Part shown: piece after piece, positions 53,378-61,718 of the stretch
Numbering within the stretch: position 1 is the first letter of the stretch
Layout: each line of letters begins with the position of its first letter
IMG/VR virus record: IMGVR_UViG_3300031088_000819
Reading direction: 5' to 3' (one strand)
Source: a virus
Taxonomy: Duplodnaviria; Heunggongvirae; Uroviricota; Caudoviricetes
DNA length: 64,000 nt
The notes under the pieces: model-generated
Seen by the model: only the letters and a program-made list of their open reading frames with translations
The model's database searches: none
What the model was told of the DNA's origin: nothing
Made by a program: the position numbers and the translations under genes

Positions 53378-54694
53378 ATGGGTGCAGGACAGGGCTACAA
53401 TCCCTACAGGGATGGCAATGGCAAGTTCACATCCCCTGAGAATGTGGGCAAAAAGGTGGAGAGCGACTACCAGGAGGCCCTGGAGCAAGGTGATGAGCTA
53501 AGGGCCAGCTCCATCGAAAACTACGCCATGGAGAAGATGCCAGAATCTGAAATTGGCCGCAGGATTTTGGAGCAGAAGTATGGTGTTACTGCGGACCAGA
53601 GGAAGCCAGTAGCCAAAGCTTCCAGGGATCGCAATGACATCCTCAGGGACTATGAAGCCACAGCTAACAACCCCGGCCTACACCAGTATGGCTTCCCCGA
53701 GGATGAGCTCGTCCGCCACAATGTGGGCGAGAAGCTCAATGGCTACAAAAAAGAGCTCGAAGAGTCCCTCAAGGACACAGAGCTAGAAGGCCATGGTGGC
53801 TTCGTTGCCCACAGCCTCACAATCACTCCCCGGGACCGCCGCGAGGCAATCGAAGAACTCTCCGCCAAAGAGGTAGAGCTCAATATAGACTCCTCCTCAT
53901 CGCCGAGCTCTTGGAAAGCAGTGATGGGTGACAGGCGAAAAACCGCTAAGGCAAGATCAGAGTACCGGAGCGCCATTGCGGGCGCCCTGGCTTCCTCCCA
54001 AGGGGAAAAGGTAGATGAGCTAGCCAAAGAAAAGGCCCAATTCAATGCCTTTAGCCGCACAATCGAAGGCAGAGAAACGCTGCCCGAGCCCTACCAGAAG
54101 GCATTCCAGGAGATCTGGGATGGAGATGGCTACGGAAGCAAGGCCCACACCGAAAAGGCGCTCAAGAGAACATGGGATCTCTCCAAGAAGCTCAAGGATG
54201 GAGAAATCGCTCCGTCAAAGATAGTGGGAACTGGCTACAAGGATAGCCGCAAAGCAGCTGAAGACTACCTCAGGAAAGAGGATGAGAGACTTTCGAGGGA
54301 CCTCAACACCAATGGAACCTCCAATGCTGAAAATGTCAGAAAGGTTCTCAAAAAGGCTAAGAAGGAAGGCTGGCCTTTGAGTGATGGAAAGCTCCCCACT
54401 GATCTAAAGCAGCGGCCTCCCCGAAGGCTCACCGAAAGGGAAAAAGTGGCTGAAAACTACGGCCACTTGTCCGTAGATGAGCTCCACGGCATCCAGAGAG
54501 TCCACATCGATGACTACAACAGGATCAAGAAGGAACTCGACGCCGCCGGCGAAGTATACCGCTCGGGCAAAACCAACTCCCAGGAAGCCCGGAAGAAGGT
54601 AGAGGATCTCGCCCGCAGGAAAGTCGCTGTGCTCGAAACCATAAACAGCTTTGGGCATCTCATCGACTCCAAAGACGGCACGATTCGCAGCTGA
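53378..54694 (+). CDS. Lys/Glu-rich hypothetical protein (438 aa)
   Basis: SD GGAGGA upstream. Highly charged, low-complexity segments. Confidence 0.55.
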   Translation: MGAGQGYNPYRDGNGKFTSPENVGKKVESDYQEALEQGDELRASSIENYAMEKMPESEIGRRILEQKYGVTADQRKPVAKASRDRNDILRDYEATANNPGLHQYGFPEDELVRHNVGEKLNGYKKELEESLKDTELEGHGGFVAHSLTITPRDRREAIEELSAKEVELNIDSSSSPSSWKAVMGDRRKTAKARSEYRSAIAGALASSQGEKVDELAKEKAQFNAFSRTIEGRETLPEPYQKAFQEIWDGDGYGSKAHTEKALKRTWDLSKKLKDGEIAPSKIVGTGYKDSRKAAEDYLRKEDERLSRDLNTNGTSNAENVRKVLKKAKKEGWPLSDGKLPTDLKQRPPRRLTEREKVAENYGHLSVDELHGIQRVHIDDYNRIKKELDAAGEVYRSGKTNSQEARKKVEDLARRKVAVLETINSFGHLIDSKDGTIRS

Positions 54695-54725
54695 TCTCCG
54701 AAGAGCCATTAGCCGCCAATCGGAA

Positions 54726-54772
54726 AAGGGCCACAATCTCGACAGTGTTGGAGATTGTGGCCCTTCGCTTTG
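54726..54772 (+). terminator. intrinsic terminator
   Basis: AAGGGCCACAATCTC ... GAGATTGTGGCCCTT, a perfect 15 bp stem, followed by CGCTTTGGG. Confidence 0.7.
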
Positions 54773-54834
54773 GGCAAGCAAATCATGGACTGTGTGAGCC
54801 AGCGTAGTTGATCCTCTAGGGGCCTTCGTGTAAT

Positions 54835-55500
54835 GTGACTATCATGGATCCAAGCTATGACCCCTTCGGGGAGGACTCTAGCTTTCCCGATTCTAGCACC
54901 GTCGGGGAAGAGACTCGATTCAGCAGTGGACAGGTGCTCAAAAATGTCCACAGAGCGGAGAACTGCCACCAGGAGCACTGCCCCATCCACAATCCATCCC
55001 AGCACAAGCTGCGGAATCTTCCACTGGCTCTCCTGGGTGAGGTCATGGTGAGAATCGGAGGGGAAGCTCCAGATGTAGCTGTTGGGGTAGTGCTTCCCTG
55101 GTCCGATGATCCTAGGCCTCGCAAGATCTATCTGGATCCCGACGACTATCATTTCAAGACCCATGAGGTCTCCTACGCGCGCCATTCGAGCTATTGTGGC
55201 CGCTGCGAAAGCCATGTGGTCTACATGTGGAATAGGATCTACGATGGAGAAGTTTCCTGTATCTGTGGCAATGTCAACTATGGTTGGGATAGCGAACCAT
55301 CTGTTAGTGACGAAAACCAATATTGGGATACGTCTATCTACTGGGTGAATGATAATTGGTGGAAATCAGAAAATGATCGGATCGCTAGCCAAGCATTGGA
55401 TCTATTGAGATCCATCCATTCGAGGGGTGGGGTCGCTAAGACCCCAAATGTCAGCGTTCTCAAAGAACTTCTAAGAAAAACATCTGGAGAAAAAACCTAA
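54835..55500 (+). CDS. Cys/His-rich hypothetical protein
   Basis: NCHQEHCPIH plus several CxxC pairs. Confidence 0.5.
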   Translation: MTIMDPSYDPFGEDSSFPDSSTVGEETRFSSGQVLKNVHRAENCHQEHCPIHNPSQHKLRNLPLALLGEVMVRIGGEAPDVAVGVVLPWSDDPRPRKIYLDPDDYHFKTHEVSYARHSSYCGRCESHVVYMWNRIYDGEVSCICGNVNYGWDSEPSVSDENQYWDTSIYWVNDNWWKSENDRIASQALDLLRSIHSRGGVAKTPNVSVLKELLRKTSGEKT

Positions 55501-55649
55501 TTGGATTGCTTCAGCTAAAAGCGCTCTAAACCTATGCTGCTTTCAACGCATTGGAAACGCCCGATGGTGCTAAAATCATGCTTTCTGCACGATGGGTCTT
55601 CTTTTAGATAGAATCCTAGATAGCCAATAAAAATCTAGGAGAAGAATCC

Positions 55650-56291
55650 ATGGCCAAGGCGCAGTTTCATCTAACCCCCAAGGGACCCGAGCGATGCCGC
55701 GTGGATAGCTCCAATCCTCGAAGCACGGGTTGCAAATATGGCGCTACGGGTCATTTCCCCGACGCCCCCACTGCACTGGGCAACTACGCCAAGCTCAATA
55801 GGGTGGACCCCCAAGAGCTTGCAGCTCTAGTCAAGGATGGAGCTCAGCCCCGGGATGCCATTGACCTCATCCGCCAGGGCTACGGCAGTGGCCACGTGGA
55901 AGCCCTGAGGAGAGCTGAAGAGCCACAGCGGAGCTACGAGGATGCCCTTGCAGAGCACATGGACTCCCGCCACCAGGCGCTCATCGAGCTCCGGGAAAAG
56001 ATCACCCCCGAACTACAAATCAGCATCAAGGGAACCTCCCAAGAGCCCGAAATCTCTGTGGCCGCTATGGACCCCTCGAGGCTCCAGCGCTTCGCCTATG
56101 TGGTGAGAGAGAACCCCCAGGGTGGAGTAATGGTGCTCGAAGATTCTAAAATAAAGCTGGGCACCAGCCTCGAAGAGCTCCAGCGCACCATCACCAAAAG
56201 CCCAGAGCTTAAATCCAGCTTCGAAGCCATGCTCAGAACTTCTCGGACAATGCTCCGGGAGGAGGAAAACGGATCGGTCATCGAAGACTGA
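55650..56291 (+). CDS. member of the paralog family with an N-terminal Cys-Cys-His module
   Basis: MAKAQFHLTPKGPERCRVDSSNPRSTGCKYGATGHF. SD AGGAGAAG upstream. Confidence 0.5.
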   Translation: MAKAQFHLTPKGPERCRVDSSNPRSTGCKYGATGHFPDAPTALGNYAKLNRVDPQELAALVKDGAQPRDAIDLIRQGYGSGHVEALRRAEEPQRSYEDALAEHMDSRHQALIELREKITPELQISIKGTSQEPEISVAAMDPSRLQRFAYVVRENPQGGVMVLEDSKIKLGTSLEELQRTITKSPELKSSFEAMLRTSRTMLREEENGSVIED

Positions 56292-56336
56292 GAAGCCACC
56301 GGCGGGAATCGCCAGTAGAAGATAGGAATAGGGTAG

Positions 56337-56831
56337 ATGAGACTTCAGAAAACCAACGCAGTAGGCCACATGGCAAGAGCGGGGTTTAGGCTCAGCTGTT
56401 CGGCCGCTGTCCACAGGGAATCCCATGGCCAAGCCCATGGAGGAACAGCCCCTGCAGCGCCTCTAGCGGAAGAGCCAGACCTCCAGGCGGAATACCGCTA
56501 TGCTTTAGACTGCTATCAGGATGCTAAAACCCTTGCTCTGATTTCTCTCTGGGAAACCTATCCTCAGATCTCCATTGAAACAGCAAAGCGTAAAGGTAGA
56601 GTGAGAGCCAAGTTCTCTTTGGATGACGAGAGCTCCGAAGACATGAGCTTTGAGGTTAGCCTCACCTCTTCGGGGAAGCTCGCCTTTAGCGAAGTGCCAG
56701 AAGCCATGGAAAACCTGGCGAAAGGTCTTCGCGGCGTAGATGGTGAGCTCGTAGAGAATGTTATCTCCATGCTTAAAGCTGCTGAAGTGATGATTCATCT
56801 AGAGGAGATAGGCGTTCCCGACAGGGGATAG
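56337..56831 (+). CDS. hypothetical protein
   Basis: 164 aa. Start uncertain (alternative ATG at 56370). Confidence 0.4.
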   Translation: MRLQKTNAVGHMARAGFRLSCSAAVHRESHGQAHGGTAPAAPLAEEPDLQAEYRYALDCYQDAKTLALISLWETYPQISIETAKRKGRVRAKFSLDDESSEDMSFEVSLTSSGKLAFSEVPEAMENLAKGLRGVDGELVENVISMLKAAEVMIHLEEIGVPDRG

Positions 56832-56850
56832 CTACCAAGATAAAAGAGTG

Positions 56851-56990
56851 GCTTTGGTTCTGGATTCGCGTCTGTCGCATCATCCATGGGAAACATGCAT
56901 AGCTCAGCCAATCATGGTTTTCAGCCCTGGAGATTCGATCTGAAGATGCGCTGAGAGGGCGCTTCTAGCGTTGGCGCTGAGAATGCGATT
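56851..56990 (+). repeat. copy D of the ~130 bp intergenic element (diverged)
   Basis: GGATTCGCGTCTGTCGCATCATC ... GCATAGC ... GAGATTCGATCTGAAGATGCGCTGAGAGGGCGCTTCTAGCGTTGGCGCTGAGAATGCG. Confidence 0.65.
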
Positions 56991-57036
56991 CTCAGCCATG
57001 GAGATCTAACGATAGGGCACAAAATCCTTCCTCGAG

Positions 57037-57312
57037 TTGCCTCCACAGCTCCAAAGCAATATGATTGGAATCATGACACGCATTACCAACAACCTCACTC
57101 CCGCCCAGCTCGCAGAGCAGCTCTTCATCGAAGAGATGACGGAGGATGGTCACAGCGCCCAGTGGGCCGCTCAAGCATGGGCGGACATGACCTTCCCCGC
57201 AGATGATTGGTCCGATGAGGCACTCGAATACCTCTGGGAAGCCGAGGACATCCTCGAGGGTCGAGCTGAGCGAAGCACTCCCCAGACCAAGCCCGTTTCC
57301 TTCTACAGCTGA
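57037..57312 (+). CDS. hypothetical protein (start uncertain)
   Basis: ORF from the track, immediately downstream of repeat copy D. Confidence 0.35.
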   Translation: MPPQLQSNMIGIMTRITNNLTPAQLAEQLFIEEMTEDGHSAQWAAQAWADMTFPADDWSDEALEYLWEAEDILEGRAERSTPQTKPVSFYS

Positions 57313-57372
57313 CCCCTGGTCGATAGACCAACCAAAAGCTGCTAACAGTTCATTCCAGGAGGAGCGATTTCC

Positions 57373-57525
57373 ATGGACATTATCTATCTGATTGTGCTCT
57401 TTAGTGTCGCTGCAGTCCTAGGGTGGATCGGCATTTCTTCCGCTTCAAGGAAGAGAGCTAAGGCGCCTGACTCCTTGGACTGGGAGCTGGAACAAAGGGC
57501 AATACGCGAAGAAAGGAGACGCTGA
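57373..57525 (+). CDS. small membrane protein (50 aa)
   Basis: Strong SD CAGGAGGAG upstream. One TM helix plus a basic tail. Not in the ORF track because it is under 60 aa. Confidence 0.4.
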   Translation: MDIIYLIVLFSVAAVLGWIGISSASRKRAKAPDSLDWELEQRAIREERRR

Positions 57526-57527
57526 CT

Positions 57528-58151
57528 GTGACGAATGAGAATCTCCGGGGACTTCGCAGGGAGCTCCGTAAGCTCATCGGAGAAACACAGTCAACGGACT
57601 CCACGATGGACATCGTCTATAGCCTCATAGATGAACTCACCAGAAAGCCCACTCCCGTAGATGTAGAACTTGTGAGAACCTGTTCTGCTTGTCCAGAGCA
57701 ATACGATCTCTTCAGGGAAGGCCGACAGATCGGCTATCTAAGGCTGAGGCACGGCCGCTACACGGTGGCTTATCCGGACCATCTTGGGCAAACCGTCCAT
57801 GAGGCTTACACTCATGGCGACGGCTCCTTCGAGATCCATGAAAGGGCAGAGCACATTTTCGAAGGCGTGGTTGCCGCCCTCGAAGCTGACGGAGTGGAAA
57901 ATCCCAGTCCCAACTACGAGATTCCCGCCCTCGAAGAAGATGAGCCATGGGACTCAGGATTCCTCGAAGAGCTCGTTGAGCGAGCTAAAGCCCAGAAGGA
58001 AGAGCGCAGCCGCCAGCAGCGCCAACAGATACGCCAGCAGGTTTCGGAAATCCTAGGAGACCTAGGGCTCGACCCGGCTCTCACCCAGAGGGCTATCGCA
58101 GCCCTCGAAGATGGTGAGCTCCTAGCCACAGAGCCTCGGAATGGCATCTGA
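57528..58151 (+). CDS. hypothetical acidic protein
   Basis: 207 aa. Confidence 0.5.
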   Translation: MTNENLRGLRRELRKLIGETQSTDSTMDIVYSLIDELTRKPTPVDVELVRTCSACPEQYDLFREGRQIGYLRLRHGRYTVAYPDHLGQTVHEAYTHGDGSFEIHERAEHIFEGVVAALEADGVENPSPNYEIPALEEDEPWDSGFLEELVERAKAQKEERSRQQRQQIRQQVSEILGDLGLDPALTQRAIAALEDGELLATEPRNGI

Positions 58152-58266
58152 ACTCTAGCTCTTACCGCCGGGCACCTGTTTCAGCCGCACCCTCTTTGGA
58201 GAGAATGTTAGGATGCTTCCAACAGTTCTAGGGCAACCACCTAGGGCGTGAACCGAAAGGCACTCC

Positions 58267-58527
58267 ATGGCGACCACAGAGGATTTTACGGGCACTCAGA
58301 ATGCCAACGCAAAGCTGCTCTTTAGGTTTTCGGTGATTCTGGGACTCCTGGGCTTTGCGCGAGCCATTCTCGGCGCTTGGCAGATCGGTTTGGGGCCCGA
58401 CAAGCTCCACGAGATCATCTTTTTCGCGGGACTAGCAGTCCTCTCTTTGGCGCTCGTGGCCTTTTCCCGCAGGGAGCTCAAGCTCATTGCCGCCGACGAA
58501 GAATTCCTCCCCGTTTTGAAGCCCTAG
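58267..58527 (+). CDS. small membrane protein
   Basis: Two TM helices. Confidence 0.45.
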   Translation: MATTEDFTGTQNANAKLLFRFSVILGLLGFARAILGAWQIGLGPDKLHEIIFFAGLAVLSLALVAFSRRELKLIAADEEFLPVLKP

Positions 58528-58534
58528 CCAACCA

Positions 58535-59239
58535 ATGCTCATTTTCCAACCTCAAACGCTTCCCGGCAGCAGCCGCAGGCTCCAAAAGGCCAGCCGTGAA
58601 GAGTTCGAACGAGAGCTTCCGCCATGGCGCTTCAAAGAGCATCAGATCAAATCGGGTCTCTACGATCCCAGCTTCTCTCTGAAGTTTCCCGGAGCTTGGA
58701 GCAGGGACGCCATCCTCGAAGCGACCTATCTAGCGCCGAGCTACGGATTGCCTCTGGATGAGGTTACCCAAGATCTGTTAGATCGAGCTGCCCATAGGTG
58801 CTTTTCAGAGCTTTCCGCAGGTGGAGGAACAGGTTATCTGAAGGCCGTAGATGGCCAATGGCATAGCCAGCCTTTGGAGTCTCTCTGGAAGATGGCCAAT
58901 GAGCTTTTTCTTGAACATCGCCAGAGAAAGTTTCGGCTCATCATAGCTGCTACAGAATCCCCCATTGACTTGCTCTTGGATAGGTCCCTGCTCTATGATG
59001 GCAATCTCACCCTTGAGAAGCTCACCGGTGATCTCTTCTCCAACTACGTGGTTCCCGTGAGCCTTTCGGGGAGCCTCTGGAGTAGAGCTCGACTCAAGGG
59101 CCAACAGAGGAAAGCCATGAAGCACTTTGATAGGTTAGCGAAATCCATATTTGAGGATAGCCGTAGACGGTTGGAGCTTTTGAGCGCTATCCAGGAAAAC
59201 CACCCTAAAACCGACGCGGCAGCTCTCACCGCGATATGA
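58535..59239 (+). CDS. hypothetical protein
   Basis: 234 aa. Confidence 0.5.
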   Translation: MLIFQPQTLPGSSRRLQKASREEFERELPPWRFKEHQIKSGLYDPSFSLKFPGAWSRDAILEATYLAPSYGLPLDEVTQDLLDRAAHRCFSELSAGGGTGYLKAVDGQWHSQPLESLWKMANELFLEHRQRKFRLIIAATESPIDLLLDRSLLYDGNLTLEKLTGDLFSNYVVPVSLSGSLWSRARLKGQQRKAMKHFDRLAKSIFEDSRRRLELLSAIQENHPKTDAAALTAI

Positions 59240-59272
59240 TTTACTTAGAGCCCACTTAGTGAGGAAGACACA

Positions 59273-59521
59273 ATGGTCCACATCGACGAACTGACTCTAG
59301 CCAACGCTCTTGAAGCTCTCGAAGAGTCGGGGTTTAAGCTCTATACGAACTCTAGCCACGCCCTAGAGGTGGGACGAGATGGGATGATCTATCAGGCCCT
59401 CATCCTGGAGACGGGCGAATGGAGGGTTTCCGCCATCGAGCGGGATACCAACGTCACACAGGAAAGCCGCGTGCTCCCCGAAGAGGGCGAAGTGGCCAAG
59501 TGGCTGCTGAAGCTACTTTAA
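59273..59521 (+). CDS. hypothetical protein
   Basis: SD GAGGAAG upstream. Confidence 0.45.
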   Translation: MVHIDELTLANALEALEESGFKLYTNSSHALEVGRDGMIYQALILETGEWRVSAIERDTNVTQESRVLPEEGEVAKWLLKLL

Positions 59522-59627
59522 ATCTGCTCAGATTGCCCGCCTGTTGCGCTTAGCTGTGTAGCTTAGTGATTTCCGCGTGTTAGATAATCTTATAAGATTT
59601 TTACCATAATGAGCAGCGGAGATTCCC

Positions 59628-60770
59628 ATGGCCACTAGATACCACATCAGCGATAACGGCATGCCCGGCAAGTGTAGCGCGGCATCTCCGGAGTCCTGCC
59701 CTAAGACCCAAGCGGGGGACTCTTTTCACGGTACTCTCGAGGAAGCCAGCAGTGAATCCCAAAGGCGCTTTGAGGAAAAGCTGGGCGGCTTCGTCACCAA
59801 GTCTAAGACTGACGAGCGAGTAGAGGAACAGAACTCTATTCGTGAAAGGCAAAACCAGGCCATACGGCAGGTTGCCAATGATGGTGACGAGATCTATGTC
59901 CACCCCCAGGGGAAAATCATCACCATTGACAGCCGTGGCTATCTATCCGCGTTCAAGGATGGCCGAGAGCTGGGCACATCTGCAACTGCAGAAAAACTCC
60001 GCAAGGGCTATGGCGCATGGAAGCGAGTAGACTACCCCTCTAGCGGCCCTGAAACTCCCAAGAAAGGTGCACTTGAACATCTCGACGTGCTCAATCTCAG
60101 CGAAAAAGAGCTCGAAGATGCACAAAGTAATCTCACGGATCTAACTAAAAAACAGATCGCCTATGACGAGCTCAATGCCGCCAAAGAGGGTAGAGCCTAT
60201 TACTACAACTACAGTGTCCCCTATGGCCAACCAGGCTGGGGAGAAAAAGTCAAAGGAATAAGCCCCAGTGGCCGCGGAACTCGCTATGAATCCACCCCCG
60301 AACAGAAGCAGGAACTTCAGGCGGCAATGGATAGGAGAATAGCGGCTAGCGAAGCTCGGGATAGAGCCCAAACGGAAATGGAAGAAGCAGGCTACGGCCA
60401 TTACATTCCCGAAAGTTTCCCCAACCACTTGGGAGAGAATGGAACTATTCGGGTTCGCACCCAAGCTCAGAAGAGGCTGCTCGAAGATGAACTCAAGGGG
60501 CAGATATCAGATGGCAAATGGGAGAACTCATCCAATACGGGTTGGGCCCAATGGACTTCCGCTAAAGTGGTAGTGGACCCCAAAAATGTGGGTAGAAACT
60601 TCCACGCTATTAAGGACAACTTCCAGCTCAACGCGAAGGATCTCCTCGATGTGGTGGGCGACAGAATGATCGAAAACGTCCGAGAGAAAACTGGCAACAC
60701 TGCCTACAACGAAAGACAGCTCAACGAGGATCTCAAAGATCTTCGAACCATCTTCAAAACCAAGCGGTAA
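59628..60770 (+). CDS. member of the paralog family with an N-terminal Cys-Cys-His module
   Basis: MATRYHISDNGMPGKCSAASPESCPKTQAGDSFHG. SD GGAG upstream. 380 aa. Confidence 0.55.
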   Translation: MATRYHISDNGMPGKCSAASPESCPKTQAGDSFHGTLEEASSESQRRFEEKLGGFVTKSKTDERVEEQNSIRERQNQAIRQVANDGDEIYVHPQGKIITIDSRGYLSAFKDGRELGTSATAEKLRKGYGAWKRVDYPSSGPETPKKGALEHLDVLNLSEKELEDAQSNLTDLTKKQIAYDELNAAKEGRAYYYNYSVPYGQPGWGEKVKGISPSGRGTRYESTPEQKQELQAAMDRRIAASEARDRAQTEMEEAGYGHYIPESFPNHLGENGTIRVRTQAQKRLLEDELKGQISDGKWENSSNTGWAQWTSAKVVVDPKNVGRNFHAIKDNFQLNAKDLLDVVGDRMIENVREKTGNTAYNERQLNEDLKDLRTIFKTKR

Positions 60771-60799
60771 GCTCCAACGATCAAAACAGGAGAAAAATA

Positions 60800-61615
60800 A
60801 TGGCTAAGAGATACCACGTATCCCAGGACGGAGTTTCGCGAGTTTGTGCCGCTAAAACCGTTGAGAGTTGCACAGCTATTGGTGTGGATGGTGAATCAGC
60901 TCCCCACGGAGAGTTTGCTAACGCCAAGGAGGCTTCGCGATTCGCTGAAGCTATCCTAGAGAAAAACTTCGGTGCCGATAGCCTTAGCAGCAAGGCCAAG
61001 CCGGTAGTTTCTGACAGACCTGCCTACACCACCGACATGAGTGACGATTCAGAATACCGGGTAGAGGGTGGTCGCCTAGTGGCCTATGCCGAGGGTGAGG
61101 ACTTCGATCTGGGAGAGCTTCGGGAGATTTCCACAGAGGAAATGAACCGCTGGAGCCAGGAGACTTTTAGCCAAGATGCCAGCTTCCAAGACGGTGAGAT
61201 CTTCCCCGTCTACGATGAGGATGGTGACGAGGCAGGAGCCTTCGCCCGCTTCGGAGATAAGTACTACCGGGCAGGAACTGGCAACAGCTTCTATCAGGTT
61301 GACGGAGAGCCTTCCAGCGCCGATAGTGGCTCTGCACCCCAGGGCCCCCTCGGCACCCCTACCAGCTGGCCTATGGGGAAAGAAGAGTTTGACAGTCGCT
61401 TCGATCAGGGAATGTTCTCTATGGCCTCCGAAGGTGACTCAGCAGATCAGTGGATCATAGAGGAGCGCGATGAAGATCTCATGGCGGAGCTCAAGTCCAT
61501 TGAGGGCCTCCCCTCTGACAAAAGACAGGTGGAGTTCGATGAGATCATGGATGAATGGGGCGGCGGCTATCTTCTCAAGGATGGTAGAACCATTCGCTAC
61601 AAGACTAACAGGTAG
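60800..61615 (+). CDS. member of the paralog family with an N-terminal Cys-Cys-His module
   Basis: MAKRYHVSQDGVSRVCAAKTVESCTAIGVDGESAPHG. SD AGGAG upstream. Acidic C-terminus. Confidence 0.55.
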   Translation: MAKRYHVSQDGVSRVCAAKTVESCTAIGVDGESAPHGEFANAKEASRFAEAILEKNFGADSLSSKAKPVVSDRPAYTTDMSDDSEYRVEGGRLVAYAEGEDFDLGELREISTEEMNRWSQETFSQDASFQDGEIFPVYDEDGDEAGAFARFGDKYYRAGTGNSFYQVDGEPSSADSGSAPQGPLGTPTSWPMGKEEFDSRFDQGMFSMASEGDSADQWIIEERDEDLMAELKSIEGLPSDKRQVEFDEIMDEWGGGYLLKDGRTIRYKTNR

Positions 61616-61633
61616 GGACAAGTAGCTCCCCAA

Positions 61634-61680
61634 GGGCTAGCTTCGCTGATTTTCGGTCGAAGCTAGCCCCTTCTGTTTTC
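61634..61680 (+). terminator. intrinsic terminator
   Basis: GGGCTAGCTTCG ... CGAAGCTAGCCC stem followed by CTTCTGTTTTC. Confidence 0.65.
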
Positions 61681-61718
61681 ACATTGTGGAAAATGTCCAA
61701 AAGGTGTATCGTAGTAAT

